Source: a virus (taxonomy: Duplodnaviria > Heunggongvirae > Uroviricota > Caudoviricetes). From it: a DNA stretch of 64,000 bases. The position numbers and the translations under genes are program-made. Below are positions 10,017 through 20,159 of this stretch, piece after piece (position 1 is the first letter of the stretch; each line of letters opens with the position of its first letter). The notes under the pieces were generated by a model. The model searched no databases. It had not been told where the DNA came from and worked only from the letters and a program-made list of their open reading frames with translations. Where the stretch lies: the IMG/VR virus record IMGVR_UViG_3300038435_000048, positions 12,277-76,276 of that record; one strand, 5' to 3'.

Positions 10017-10804
10017 AGATCATCAGCTTTTGTCTATGGGGCGATAATCCCAAATACAATATTGGTGCCATCAAGAACGCTCAGATCGCACGCGATTTGT
10101 ATCCTGATTGGACTTGTCGGTTTTATTGTTCCGCACTGACTACTCCGATTGACGTGTTGAGGACGTTGTATAGTGTTGATGGTGACGATACATCAACTAC
10201 TACAGCCTCATCATACGATCTTGGATTCCCTGCAATCATGCATACGACTCCCAGTCGTAGAATTCAATTGGTAATAGCACCAATGCGTGATGGTTGGAAA
10301 ATGATGTTCGATCGTTTTCAAGCCGCTTCCGATCCTGACTGCGAAGTAATGATTTCACGAGACTGCGACTCTCGTCTCTCGAAGAGAGAGAAAGCGGCAG
10401 TTGACGAGTGGTTAGCTTCGTCAAAGGCGTGGCACATTATGCGGGATCACCCGTGGCATGGTGCCCTGATGTTAGGTGGCATGTGGGGGGTCAAAGGCTG
10501 CCCCGCAATGACGGATTGGATTTCAGCATGGAATGCCGAAGACCGTTATCAGACTGACCAGGACTTTTTACGTACCAGTGTTTATCCAATTGCTCGTCAC
10601 AACGCAATGATTCATGCACAGTTCTGTGCAGTAGAGCCAGATACAATGCCCTTCCCTAGTATGCGTAGCGGGCTAGAGTTTGTTGGACAAGTATTTGACG
10701 AGAATGATATTACTATTGCCGAACATCAGACAATGCTTATGAAGGCCCTTAAGGGACGCGGGGAACCTATGCGTCTTGAACATCTACCAGAAGGATTACT
10801 ATGA
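10013..10804 (+). CDS. putative GT-A glycosyltransferase (DxD)
   Basis: MKIISFCLWGDNPKYNIG start and a VMISRDCDSRL DxD motif. ATGA overlap with the upstream gene. Confidence 0.45.
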   Translation: MKIISFCLWGDNPKYNIGAIKNAQIARDLYPDWTCRFYCSALTTPIDVLRTLYSVDGDDTSTTTASSYDLGFPAIMHTTPSRRIQLVIAPMRDGWKMMFDRFQAASDPDCEVMISRDCDSRLSKREKAAVDEWLASSKAWHIMRDHPWHGALMLGGMWGVKGCPAMTDWISAWNAEDRYQTDQDFLRTSVYPIARHNAMIHAQFCAVEPDTMPFPSMRSGLEFVGQVFDENDITIAEHQTMLMKALKGRGEPMRLEHLPEGLL

Positions 10805-11262
10805 AGATTATCGCACTGTTTATTTTGTCTTTGTTTGCCGCTCCTCAGAGTAGCAATCCATATTGTGGAACTAGTCCTGACGACTTCTATCCTATCCCTC
10901 AACCTAACTGCCCTAGCACAAGCACGATCGATATCAATTGTGCGGCGGCATGTGCTGATCTGTGGCAGACGGAAATGATGTTGGCATATGATGCGGCGTG
11001 TGCGTCATACGCCGCCGCAGAGGCGGAATGGAATTCTTGGGAAGCTGCCATTCAAGCTGGATATGAAGCCTGTATGGCTGTAGCACAAACGCCTCAAGAT
11101 GGTGTCAATTGTTATAGAACGATGCTACAACAACAAGACGCTAATCAAGATCTATTCGATTTGCGAAAGGGGTATATCGAAGAGGATTTGGCTGATGATG
11201 TGCAGGACGCTATGGACTCGTACAACGACTGTACTGACGACTGCTGCATCAATGGACACTGA
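10801..11262 (+). CDS. secreted Cys-rich acidic protein (signal peptide)
   Basis: N-terminal MKIIALFILSLFAAPQS signal-like segment and many Cys. Confidence 0.45.
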   Translation: MKIIALFILSLFAAPQSSNPYCGTSPDDFYPIPQPNCPSTSTIDINCAAACADLWQTEMMLAYDAACASYAAAEAEWNSWEAAIQAGYEACMAVAQTPQDGVNCYRTMLQQQDANQDLFDLRKGYIEEDLADDVQDAMDSYNDCTDDCCINGH

Positions 11263-11560
11263 TGTTTTAGCTGGCTATGGACAGGACGCTGTGACTAAAG
11301 AGCAGCGTCCGGTCATTGCAGGCGAACACATTTTTAAGTTGATCGATTCTAAAGGTATGCCATTAGATCTCGTTCAAGAGCTACTACAAGAACACAAGCT
11401 GGCCTTTGATGTATATGGTTTTATCAAGGCGGCACGTAAAAGCAAAAACTATTCACGAGAGCGACTGATCAATCTATTGATCCCGATAGACAATAAGATG
11501 TCAGATCAACATCAAGCACTGACACGATTTTGCATAGACAAGGTATACAATGATTCGTAA
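11252..11560 (+). CDS. hypothetical protein
   Basis: Internal Met start (MDTDVLAGYG) immediately after the upstream stop. Confidence 0.35.
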   Translation: MDTDVLAGYGQDAVTKEQRPVIAGEHIFKLIDSKGMPLDLVQELLQEHKLAFDVYGFIKAARKSKNYSRERLINLLIPIDNKMSDQHQALTRFCIDKVYNDS

Positions 11561-12611
11561 GGGTTATTCATTTGACGACGTTCTGCTCGTCCCACGTTAC
11601 AACGACATACCATCGCGTCGTGACGTAGATACCTCCATGAAGTTTGGCGGACTCAATCTAAGAGTGCCTGTGCTCTCGTCAAACATGGACACGATCACTG
11701 GTCTCCAAATGGCAGGCAAGATGTGCTACTTGGGTGGACTGGGGGTACTGCATAGATTCTGTACCATTGACGAGAACGTTCAAATCTTCCGCCAGCTTGG
11801 TACGGGCAACGGTGGCGGAGCGGCTGTCAATTCACTTGGCGTCAATGAAGAGTTCACACGCTTTGAAGCCCTGTATGATGCTGGTGCTCGTTACTTCTGT
11901 GTAGACGTAGCTCATGGTCACACAAAAGCCATTGGCAAGTTCATCAAGTCACTCAAGCGGATCCACAATGATATCTTCGTGATTGGTGGCAATGTTGCGA
12001 CACACGCTGGGGCTGATTATCTTGCGTCGTGCGGAGCGGATGCTATCAAGGTGGGTATTGGACCAGGATCAGTTTGCACGACGCGAATCAAGACTGGTTG
12101 TGGCGTACCGCAGTTGACAGCGATCATGGACTGTGCCAAGGTTGATCGCCTCATCATTGCCGATGGCGGTATTCGTACTCCAGGTGATGCGGTCAAGGCA
12201 TTGGCCGCTGGTGCCCATGTCGTTATGCTTGGTGGCATGCTCGCTGGAACGGACGAGACCCCTGGCAAGATAATCGAACGTTCGTACACAACTGGACCAG
12301 CGGACGGTACACTTGTGCTAATTCAAGAAGTACATCGTTTCAAGACGTTCCGTGGCATGGCCTCTAAGGAAGCTCAAGAAGACTTCATGGGAGCCATGGC
12401 AGATTGGAAGGCAGCCGAAGGCGTACAGATTGAAGTCAAGTGCCGTGGACCTGTAGCCAATGTGATCAACGATCTCGTTGGCGGTATTCGTTCTGGCATG
12501 ACGTACTGTGGAGCAAAGGACATCGCGGCGTTGCAACGCAATGCCGAGTTCATTGAAGTTACACCTAATGGTGTAAAGGAAAACTCACCCCATGGAGAAG
12601 GAAGACTATGA
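11550..12611 (+). CDS. IMPDH/GMP reductase family protein (GMP-reductase-like; ~350 aa with no CBS insert)
   Basis: [29 protein letters not shown] catalytic Cys loop and [10 protein letters not shown]. Length fits GuaC rather than IMPDH. Confidence 0.7.
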   Translation: MIRKGYSFDDVLLVPRYNDIPSRRDVDTSMKFGGLNLRVPVLSSNMDTITGLQMAGKMCYLGGLGVLHRFCTIDENVQIFRQLGTGNGGGAAVNSLGVNEEFTRFEALYDAGARYFCVDVAHGHTKAIGKFIKSLKRIHNDIFVIGGNVATHAGADYLASCGADAIKVGIGPGSVCTTRIKTGCGVPQLTAIMDCAKVDRLIIADGGIRTPGDAVKALAAGAHVVMLGGMLAGTDETPGKIIERSYTTGPADGTLVLIQEVHRFKTFRGMASKEAQEDFMGAMADWKAAEGVQIEVKCRGPVANVINDLVGGIRSGMTYCGAKDIAALQRNAEFIEVTPNGVKENSPHGEGRL

Positions 12612-12973
12612 CAATTATCGAGAAGTGTGAACGTGGCTTGGCACTTGCCAAGGAACTGGGATTGAATGACAATCAGACCAAGGAACTGATGGCACTCATT
12701 TTAGAGTTGCCATACTTCAAGTTCAATTTGAATCCACCCGTCACAGTACCGGCTACGCCGATTGTGCCGTGGATCCCCAACACGCCAACGTGGCCGGGTA
12801 TTGGCGGACCAGTGTATCCTGGCGACACCATCATCACATATGGCGTTGCACCAGGGAGCACAGATTTTGGTGGCATCACATTGTGTGCCTGCTCTCCCGT
12901 TGGACAGCCACACAGCGATAGCTGCAAGTCGGGCGACTCTATCTTTGAAGCTCACAAGGCACACGATCACTGA
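12608..12973 (+). CDS. Pro/Thr/Cys-rich small protein (possible glycosylation acceptor or modified peptide)
   Basis: Helical N-terminus LALAKELGLNDNQTKELMALILEL followed by PPVTVPATPIVPWIPNTPTWPG ... ITLCACSPVGQPHSDSCKSGDS. ATGA-coupled on both sides. Confidence 0.45.
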   Translation: MTIIEKCERGLALAKELGLNDNQTKELMALILELPYFKFNLNPPVTVPATPIVPWIPNTPTWPGIGGPVYPGDTIITYGVAPGSTDFGGITLCACSPVGQPHSDSCKSGDSIFEAHKAHDH

Positions 12974-13566
12974 TGCAAAACTATCGAGTGACTTTTGGCG
13001 GCGAGCAGATCGACTATCACAGCAACTTTGCTGCGTGTCGTGGCTATTGGCCGATCATCAAAGCTGTTCTTGACATTCTACGTACACACGGCATTGAAGA
13101 GGCGTGGTGGTTTTTCGAGCCATACGTAGAGATCACATGGCTCTGCGATGACAAAGAACGTGCTGAGAAGGCGATGGTAGCTGTATCTGGATTGCTTGAA
13201 AGCGAGCAATACAAGTATCAGAAGTTCACGCCGGACGATGGTATCTTCGGCGACTGGCATGGCCTCACTCCAGAGGAGCGTGAATTCGGTGCAAAGCGTT
13301 ACGCAGCCCTTGCCAAGACCTCGACGCACTACTATGAGAACCTTGGGATCATTGAAGGTGGCATGGGCGTCGAGAAGCACTTTGCGAGGGCAACGCACGT
13401 TCTAGCCAATCAGCTAGGCTTGAACTACGAAGCCGAAGGCATCGCACTCCTAAAGCGTGGCTTCTTGTGCATCCTGTTCTATCACCTTGGCCACCAGAAG
13501 GCCGTGGACACATACGAGAAGCTGTTCAAGGAAAAGTACCTGGGCCGCGATGAAGATCTTAGTTAG
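12973..13566 (+). CDS. hypothetical protein (197 aa)
   Basis: Coupled to the 12608 ORF; no clear motif. Confidence 0.45.
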   Translation: MQNYRVTFGGEQIDYHSNFAACRGYWPIIKAVLDILRTHGIEEAWWFFEPYVEITWLCDDKERAEKAMVAVSGLLESEQYKYQKFTPDDGIFGDWHGLTPEEREFGAKRYAALAKTSTHYYENLGIIEGGMGVEKHFARATHVLANQLGLNYEAEGIALLKRGFLCILFYHLGHQKAVDTYEKLFKEKYLGRDEDLS

Positions 13567-14401
13567 TTACCGTGGCATTCCACAGTCGCCCGGCTGGGCG
13601 ACCGGCGATTGCGTCGTGCGTGCGTTTCGAGAACTCGGGCACGACGTGACTCCGTACGGCAACTACTATCAAACACCAAAACGTTTGGAAGATCGTAGCG
13701 TGCTGGCAGAAGATTGGGATCTATTTCTTTTTATGGAATGCGGAGACGGCGATCCAGTCTATACTGAGCTAGCTAATCTACGATCCCGCAAGCGAGCAAG
13801 CTGGTTCTTTGACGCCGCCCTGTATCCTCAGAACTGGCTGGCCATCCTTCGCCTGTTTGAGTTTGATGTCAACTTCATGGCCAACAGCGTCATGCTGTAC
13901 GACAACCTCAACACGGTGTATCTGCCGTATGCCGCAGATCCATTGCATGTACGTCCAGCCGACCACAACAAGTATAGGGCCTTTGGCTTTGTCGGCTCCG
14001 ATAGACCCGATCGTCAAGCACTAGCGGCTCGACTGTCGTTCGCCAATGTAGAGCTAAAGAGCGGCATTTTTCGCGAGGAGTTCATCAGCTATCTCGCCGG
14101 TTCGCGTTACACCATCAACGACATCGCGGGCGGTGGTGCCGGTCTAATCCCCATGAGACCTTTTGAAGCTCTTGCTGCTGGATCATGTCTCATTACCCCC
14201 AAAGACGATGGAGTCAAGTCGCTTGGATTACCGTGTATTGAGTATGGCTCGCAGGACGAGCTAGTCTCTATTTGTCGTCATTTATACGACGACAACATTC
14301 TTCCAGATAGTGCTGGACAAGACGCAGTTTTGCGTGATCATATGTATAGGCACCGTTGTGCTACCATTCTAGAAAAGCTGTTTCCACATGAAAGAGTCTG
14401 A
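13550..14401 (+). CDS. CgeB-like glycosyltransferase (Glyco_trans_1_2-like)
   Basis: MKILVSYRG start; FVGSDRPDRQALAARLS...YTIND resembles the CgeB/YkvP family. Confidence 0.55.
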   Translation: MKILVSYRGIPQSPGWATGDCVVRAFRELGHDVTPYGNYYQTPKRLEDRSVLAEDWDLFLFMECGDGDPVYTELANLRSRKRASWFFDAALYPQNWLAILRLFEFDVNFMANSVMLYDNLNTVYLPYAADPLHVRPADHNKYRAFGFVGSDRPDRQALAARLSFANVELKSGIFREEFISYLAGSRYTINDIAGGGAGLIPMRPFEALAAGSCLITPKDDGVKSLGLPCIEYGSQDELVSICRHLYDDNILPDSAGQDAVLRDHMYRHRCATILEKLFPHERV

Positions 14402-15062
14402 TTCGGTCAGTGTTTTGATCTGCTGTCACAGCGTCGATCACGAGCATGATGTGCTCCTGCAAGAAGCTCTTGAGTCTTTGACTCGACAGACGTATCCGAA
14501 CTTTGAGACTGTTCTAGTTCTTGACCAATGCCACGAAGGCACGAAATGGACAGCAGAGCCGTACAAGGACATCTTGAATCTCAAAATTCACGAACGTCCA
14601 CACAAGCAGGGCTTGGCAATGGCCAAGAACTTTGGACTAGCTCACTGCTCTGGCGATTGGATCGCCTATCTTGACGCCGACGATCAGTGGATGGACTGCA
14701 AGCTTGAATGGCAACGCAACTTTCTACTAGAGAATCCAGGTGTGGATTTCTGCTTTACGGAAGCATGGGACAGAACTGGGGGCGTGCTATTGCCTAACTG
14801 TTTCAAGGTTGGTCAATATGAAACGCACGCCCAGATTGCAGCGGCTATTGGACGCGAGAATGTAGTGTGTCACGGCTCAGCGTTGATCAGGAAGCTCGCA
14901 ATCAATTCGCTAGGTGGCTACCGCACTGATCGTTCGCTCCTGGGTCGAGAAGACTGGGATCTTTGGAAGCGTGCCATTGAAGGTGGCTTCACCTTCCATA
15001 AGATTCGTGAACGTCTTTACATTTACTCGATGGGGACAAGCGTAACACGCGGCGAAGTATGA
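14388..15062 (+). CDS. glycosyltransferase family 2
   Basis: VSVLICCHSVDHEHDVLLQEALESLTRQTYPNFETVLVLDQ and DWIAYLDADDQW. Confidence 0.7.
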   Translation: MKESDSVSVLICCHSVDHEHDVLLQEALESLTRQTYPNFETVLVLDQCHEGTKWTAEPYKDILNLKIHERPHKQGLAMAKNFGLAHCSGDWIAYLDADDQWMDCKLEWQRNFLLENPGVDFCFTEAWDRTGGVLLPNCFKVGQYETHAQIAAAIGRENVVCHGSALIRKLAINSLGGYRTDRSLLGREDWDLWKRAIEGGFTFHKIRERLYIYSMGTSVTRGEV

Positions 15063-16060
15063 AGGTTCTGTACGTAGGCTTGAAGTTCAATTATGGGAAG
15101 CGTGAAGAGGGCTTCTCATATGAACACATGAATATCGAAGCCGGTATTCGTGACTGCATGAAGCGTGGCACGTTGCAGGCTGATTTTTATTGGCCAGACA
15201 TGCCTGATCGTTGCGAGATCAATGGCGAAGAGAGCGTGCTACATCCCAACGATAAGTTGGGCCTACTCAACAATCACATTGATGCCGTATTCCATGTTGC
15301 ATTCAACGAGTCGTTGGATCTACCAGAAGACGTTGCCAAGCTTGCGATCAAGCGAGACATTCCGGTCATTCAATGGGACTGCGACTCTAGCTGGCGATTC
15401 AAGAATTGGGTCTTCCCTCGCAGAGATCGTGTCACGCATTTTGTGACAACTCACTCGGCAACCATTCCAGAGTATCAACGGAATGGCATGAAAGTGATCA
15501 AGTCGCAGTGGGCTGGTTCTCCCGCCTATAAGGCGTACGAAGCTTTGTACGAGTACGATACCACGTTCGTTGGACAGAAGCATGGTCAGATGCCGAATGG
15601 CAAGTTCCTTCGCAGCGAGATCGTGGACGCGATGATGGCTGCGGGCATCAAGCTTGATCTGTTTGGCAACTACTGGGACGGCTATGCTAATTGGCACGGC
15701 TATCGTCAGAACTTCGAAGACATTATTCGTGTATTCAATTGCTCGCGTGTCAATCTGAACCTTTCGAATCCATGGCACCATGGCACAATGCCTCAGATCA
15801 AGGGCAGACACTTCGAGATCCCTCAGTGCGGCGGCTTTCAGATCAGCACGCCAGCCGACGATCTTGAAACGTATTTCGTGCCCGGCAAAGAGATCGTCAT
15901 TGTCAACAGCGTTCAAGACTTGATCGAAAAGACCAAGTATTATTTGGAGCACGCCGACGAGCGTGAGGCTATTGCTAACGCTGGACACGAACGCATGTTG
16001 GCGGAGCACCAGTGGCATCACCGTTTTCAGCACATCTTCCAGGAAGTGGGCCTGCTATGA
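15059..16060 (+). CDS. CgeB-like glycosyltransferase (DUF3880 + Glyco_trans_1_2)
   Basis: TTFVGQKHGQMPNGKFLRSEIVDAMMAAGIKLDLFG...HFEIPQCGGFQIS...EHADEREAIANAGHERMLAEH matches the CgeB family. Confidence 0.65.
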   Translation: MKVLYVGLKFNYGKREEGFSYEHMNIEAGIRDCMKRGTLQADFYWPDMPDRCEINGEESVLHPNDKLGLLNNHIDAVFHVAFNESLDLPEDVAKLAIKRDIPVIQWDCDSSWRFKNWVFPRRDRVTHFVTTHSATIPEYQRNGMKVIKSQWAGSPAYKAYEALYEYDTTFVGQKHGQMPNGKFLRSEIVDAMMAAGIKLDLFGNYWDGYANWHGYRQNFEDIIRVFNCSRVNLNLSNPWHHGTMPQIKGRHFEIPQCGGFQISTPADDLETYFVPGKEIVIVNSVQDLIEKTKYYLEHADEREAIANAGHERMLAEHQWHHRFQHIFQEVGLL

Positions 16061-16593
16061 TCAAGTTGAATCTGGCGTCCCACGGTGACAACCTTGAGGG
16101 CTTCATCAACGTAGACTTTGATCATCCGTCTGCCGACCTCAAGGCTGACGTATCGGCATTGCCATTTCAAGATGATTCCGTCGATGTCATTCTGGCGTTT
16201 CACATCCTCGAACACTTTCGTGCGGGCGAATACGAACCACACCTATCCAATCCGCTCAATCCAAAAACTGCTATGGCGGCACTTGGCGAATGGCGACGCA
16301 TCCTGCGTCCGGGCGGCAAGCTAGAGATCAAGGTGCCAGACTTTGAGAAGATCGTTTGGCTCTACTACCACTTTCCTCAGTGGGCAAGAGCAGAATCCTC
16401 GGTCAATACTCCCTTCGCCAGCTATTCGGACTGGGTTGTTTCCAATGGGCAGCATCAATGCCTATTCGATAAGAAGACCATGCACAGACTCTTGACGCTC
16501 TGTGGCTTCACCAACATCACCTTCTTGGATGGCCCGCCGGTCGCCGTCGTTGACAGAGCCAATTTGGAAATGTACGTTGTGTGCTCAAAATGA
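16057..16593 (+). CDS. class I SAM-dependent methyltransferase
   Basis: FINVDFDHPSADLKADVSALPFQDDSVDVILAFHILEHF ... LRPGGKLEI (Methyltransf_11-like). Confidence 0.65.
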   Translation: MIKLNLASHGDNLEGFINVDFDHPSADLKADVSALPFQDDSVDVILAFHILEHFRAGEYEPHLSNPLNPKTAMAALGEWRRILRPGGKLEIKVPDFEKIVWLYYHFPQWARAESSVNTPFASYSDWVVSNGQHQCLFDKKTMHRLLTLCGFTNITFLDGPPVAVVDRANLEMYVVCSK

Positions 16594-17225
16594 ACTACGC
16601 TACACGCAAAGACAATCACGACTTCTTTACGCCAGACCATGTGGCGTCCTTTCTCCGTAATCACAATACGGGTACGAACAATCACGGTCGTCATCGCCTA
16701 GCCTCTCTTTTGTTCGAGCACGTCAAGCCCACCGTTCTTGACGTAGCCTGCGGCACATGTGTCAACTGGGAAGTATTCAAGGGGCGTGGTCTAGATTGTC
16801 AGTACACCGGAGTGGATCGCACCAAGAAGATGTTGTCTCACGCCAAGGCTTTGTACGGCGACGAGATCAAGCTCGAAGAAGGATACATCCAATCTCTTCC
16901 ATTTCAAGACGCCTCATTTGATGTTGTGATTGCACGTCACATCCTTGAGCATTTAGGGGAAGGGTATGAAGCGGCGATCAAAGAAGTCTATCGTGTAGCC
17001 TCGAAGGAAGCGATCATCGTACTCTTTGTTGATCTTGCTGATATGCCGCATGACGTGATCAAAGAGTCTGAGCCTGACGAGAACGGCTGCACCTACTTTT
17101 GGAACACATACGCTCACGATAAATTCATGGCCTTCCTCGGCACATTAGGTTGTCGCGTGAGCGTAGAATACGTTCAAACCCCAGGTGCGGCTGCGGCGGA
17201 CACCATCATCAGGCTGATCAAATGA
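16590..17225 (+). CDS. class I SAM-dependent methyltransferase
   Basis: VLDVACGTCVNW motif I; SLPFQDASFDVVIARHILEHL. Confidence 0.75.
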   Translation: MNYATRKDNHDFFTPDHVASFLRNHNTGTNNHGRHRLASLLFEHVKPTVLDVACGTCVNWEVFKGRGLDCQYTGVDRTKKMLSHAKALYGDEIKLEEGYIQSLPFQDASFDVVIARHILEHLGEGYEAAIKEVYRVASKEAIIVLFVDLADMPHDVIKESEPDENGCTYFWNTYAHDKFMAFLGTLGCRVSVEYVQTPGAAAADTIIRLIK

Positions 17226-18067
17226 TTGACGTGACGTACGGTGTACTCAACTACAACCCCGACAACAACGAGGTTGCTACCGCTGCGTACATTGCGGCAG
17301 TTGAATCACTTGCTACCAATCGTAGCAAGAATCTGACGAGCGAAGTGTATTTGTTCGATCAGGCTAGTCAGCCCGATCTCACGGGGTCTTTGGCTCGTAA
17401 ACATGGCTTCAATGCCGTCACGTTGCAAAGCAATGTGGGTATTAGTCGTGGTATCAACCTGCTCGCCAATATGGCTCGCGGGCAATACGTGTCTCTCGTG
17501 ACCTCTGATGTGACGTTCACGCCTGGGCTGGACGACACGTTGATTGCCGCATTGCGTGCTGACCCCAAGATCTATCAGATCTGTCCTGTGTCTGACAACT
17601 CATCGCTCGATCACCAGCGTGCTCCATGTGCTCGTGAAGACGGCATCTTGTTGCAGAACCTAGTGCAAGAGTTGACGATTCAATTCTGGCCTCGCACCGT
17701 TTTCGAGAAGATCGGCTACTTCGACGAACGCTGGAAGGCGTGCTACGAGAACATGGACTTCGCCCTCAGGGCGTTCCTTGAGGGTGGCTCTGTCGTGATT
17801 CACCAGGGTGCCTTTTGCCATCACGAACACAATGGCACTACCAAGAGCGGTGCAATTCACAAGGCGTATGATGGCTATCTACCTATGCCGAATGGGTTGA
17901 CGCACGATTTATTGATGCCGATGTGGCGTGCCAAGTGGCCTAACCTCGAAAGGTACATGAACCACTATGAGACGTTTACTAAGGACATGGATCCGCTCCG
18001 GGCGGCGATGTTTCATGCGTACAGCAAGAACGTGTATCTACCGTATGTACAAGAGGTCGCTTACTAG
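17222..18067 (+). CDS. putative glycosyltransferase family 2-like
   Basis: YGVLNYNPDNNE start, typical of GT2; ATGA-coupled. Confidence 0.5.
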   Translation: MIDVTYGVLNYNPDNNEVATAAYIAAVESLATNRSKNLTSEVYLFDQASQPDLTGSLARKHGFNAVTLQSNVGISRGINLLANMARGQYVSLVTSDVTFTPGLDDTLIAALRADPKIYQICPVSDNSSLDHQRAPCAREDGILLQNLVQELTIQFWPRTVFEKIGYFDERWKACYENMDFALRAFLEGGSVVIHQGAFCHHEHNGTTKSGAIHKAYDGYLPMPNGLTHDLLMPMWRAKWPNLERYMNHYETFTKDMDPLRAAMFHAYSKNVYLPYVQEVAY

Positions 18068-18068
18068 C

Positions 18069-18656
18069 ATGAAGCGTTACGACATCATTCGCCACCTGAT
18101 CGAGCAACGTGGCTACAAGTCCTATCTGGAGATCGGCGTACTTGGAAACGAGACGTACAATAGTCTGCCGACGTTGGACGTGAAACACAGCGTAGATCCT
18201 AACGGACAGGCCGTGTTCAACGTCACGTCAGATGAGTTTTTTGAGCGTCACTGCAATCAGAGTTACGACATAATCTTCATTGACGGTCTGCACCTTGCGG
18301 AACAAGTTCAAAGAGATATCGAAAACTCATTGACACACCTAAACGATGGTGGTATAATAGTGGTGCATGACTGCTTGCCTTCGGCAGAGTACGAGCAGTT
18401 GAGAGAAGGGGTTAGCGGCAAACCATGGACTGGGGACGTGTGGAAGGCATTCGCGGCCTTGCGAGCCGATCGTCGTGACCTGATCATGCGTGTCGTGGAT
18501 ACAGACTATGGATGCGGACTCATTGAGCGTGGCGTTGATCCCTGCGTGCTTGTTGAGCTTCGTCCAATTGACGGCTACACCTGGGACTTCTTTTGTAAGC
18601 ATCGTAACAAGATCATGGGTGTAATCACCGTGGAGCAGTTCATTGGATGTGCATAA
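18069..18656 (+). CDS. class I SAM-dependent methyltransferase (CmcI/Methyltransf_24-like)
   Basis: SYLEIGVLGNETY ... YDIIFIDGLHLAEQVQRDIE ... GGIIVVHDC. Confidence 0.6.
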   Translation: MKRYDIIRHLIEQRGYKSYLEIGVLGNETYNSLPTLDVKHSVDPNGQAVFNVTSDEFFERHCNQSYDIIFIDGLHLAEQVQRDIENSLTHLNDGGIIVVHDCLPSAEYEQLREGVSGKPWTGDVWKAFAALRADRRDLIMRVVDTDYGCGLIERGVDPCVLVELRPIDGYTWDFFCKHRNKIMGVITVEQFIGCA

Positions 18657-19170
18657 TCGTGACTGGGTTGTAGCCCGTAACAATCTCTTGCAGGGTAAGC
18701 TGCTTGAGATTGGCAGCTTTGTTGTGCCGGGACAAGAGCATATCGCACTTCGTCCAGCGGTTGAGAAGTTCGTCGATAGCTATCTTGGCATCGATATGCG
18801 TGCAGGACCGGGCGTTGATCTCGTCACAAGCGAAGACAACGCCTTTCCTTTTGAACCGAACACGTTTGACGTGGTTGTGTCGCTCGATACCCTAGAGCAT
18901 GTTCGCAACCCCTGGACGTTCATTGAGAATGCTGCGAGAGTTTTGAAGCCCGGTGGCCACTTCTTTTTGGCTACCGTGTTTTCATTTCCGATTCATGGTT
19001 ACCCAGACGACTACTGGCGTTTCACTCCGAACTGCTTGAAGATGCTCATCGAGACCTACGGTCTCGAAGTCGCAGGAGATTTGACGCCATCCCAGTGTTG
19101 CACAACCAATCCTGCTCATCACTTAGCGAACCCCACAATCGTTCGCTTGATTGCGAGAAAGCCACTATGA
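18643..19170 (+). CDS. class I SAM-dependent methyltransferase
   Basis: LLEIGSFVVPG ... FDVVVSLDTLEHVRNPWTFIENAARVLKPGGHFF. Confidence 0.65.
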   Translation: MDVHNRDWVVARNNLLQGKLLEIGSFVVPGQEHIALRPAVEKFVDSYLGIDMRAGPGVDLVTSEDNAFPFEPNTFDVVVSLDTLEHVRNPWTFIENAARVLKPGGHFFLATVFSFPIHGYPDDYWRFTPNCLKMLIETYGLEVAGDLTPSQCCTTNPAHHLANPTIVRLIARKPL

Positions 19171-20159
19171 AGGTACTTGTAACTGGTGGCAATGGATTCG
19201 TTGGAAAGCACGTCGTTGCGGCACTGAATGCCGCAGGGCACGAAGTCGTCGCACCTACAAGCAAGGAATGGAATTGGCTTGTGTGCGGTGACATGCTTAG
19301 TGCAGATGTCCTACCGTCTGTGCTTGATACGCACATCACTCAACTGCGTAGAGGCAGATTTGATGCCGTCATTCACCTTGCTACCATCTGTGGTGGTATT
19401 GGCATCAACAAGGACAATCCAGGCAAGTTCATGTATGAGAACTTGCAGATGGGCTTGAATGTTGTCGAAGCGTGTCGCCTCGCTCACATCAAGAAGCTTG
19501 TAAACCTCAGCACTGTTTGCTCATATCCCAAGCACACACCAGTGCCATTCAAAGAGAGCGACATCTGGAACGGCTATCCAGAAGAGACCAATGCTCCATA
19601 TGGCATCGCCAAGAAGGCGATCGTCGAACTTGGCATTGCATACGCCCGCCAGTACGGACTGAATGTCACTAACTTAGTTCCAGTGAATATGGCGGGTGAG
19701 TTCGATCACTTCGACCTTTACAGCAGTCACGTCATTCCTGCTATCATCAAGAAGTTCGAGAGTCCACTTGTGGATACCACTGGTCAGTTTGGTATCTCAC
19801 CCCATAACTACCCAAAGAAGTATGTTGAGCTATGGGGAAGCGGGCGTGCATCACGCGAGTTCTTGTATGCTGGCGACTGTGCGAAAGCTATCGTTTCAAG
19901 CCTTGATAAGAACACCGGACCAGATCCGATCAATCTAGGTACTGGCCGCGAAATCACTATTCAAGATCTAGCTACGTTGATCAAGAAGATCGGTGGCTAC
20001 GACGCCGATATCGTGTGGGTTCTCAGTAAGCCAGACGGCCAACCACGCAGAAGCCTAGACACTTCACGAGCCAAACAGGTTCTTGGTTGGGAAGCTACTA
20101 CACCCATTGAAGAGACTGTGCGTCGCACAATTGAATGGTATAGAGCGAATCATGGGTAG
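19167..20159 (+). CDS. fcl: GDP-L-fucose synthase (GDP-4-keto-6-deoxy-D-mannose 3,5-epimerase/4-reductase)
   Basis: MKVLVTGGNGFVGKHV Rossmann start and STVCSYPK, ETNAPYGIAKK, LVPVNMAGEFDHFDLYSSHVIPA, LWGSGRASREFLYAGDCA, KPDGQPRRSLD. These track E. coli Fcl motifs. Confidence 0.8.
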   Translation: MKVLVTGGNGFVGKHVVAALNAAGHEVVAPTSKEWNWLVCGDMLSADVLPSVLDTHITQLRRGRFDAVIHLATICGGIGINKDNPGKFMYENLQMGLNVVEACRLAHIKKLVNLSTVCSYPKHTPVPFKESDIWNGYPEETNAPYGIAKKAIVELGIAYARQYGLNVTNLVPVNMAGEFDHFDLYSSHVIPAIIKKFESPLVDTTGQFGISPHNYPKKYVELWGSGRASREFLYAGDCAKAIVSSLDKNTGPDPINLGTGREITIQDLATLIKKIGGYDADIVWVLSKPDGQPRRSLDTSRAKQVLGWEATTPIEETVRRTIEWYRANHG

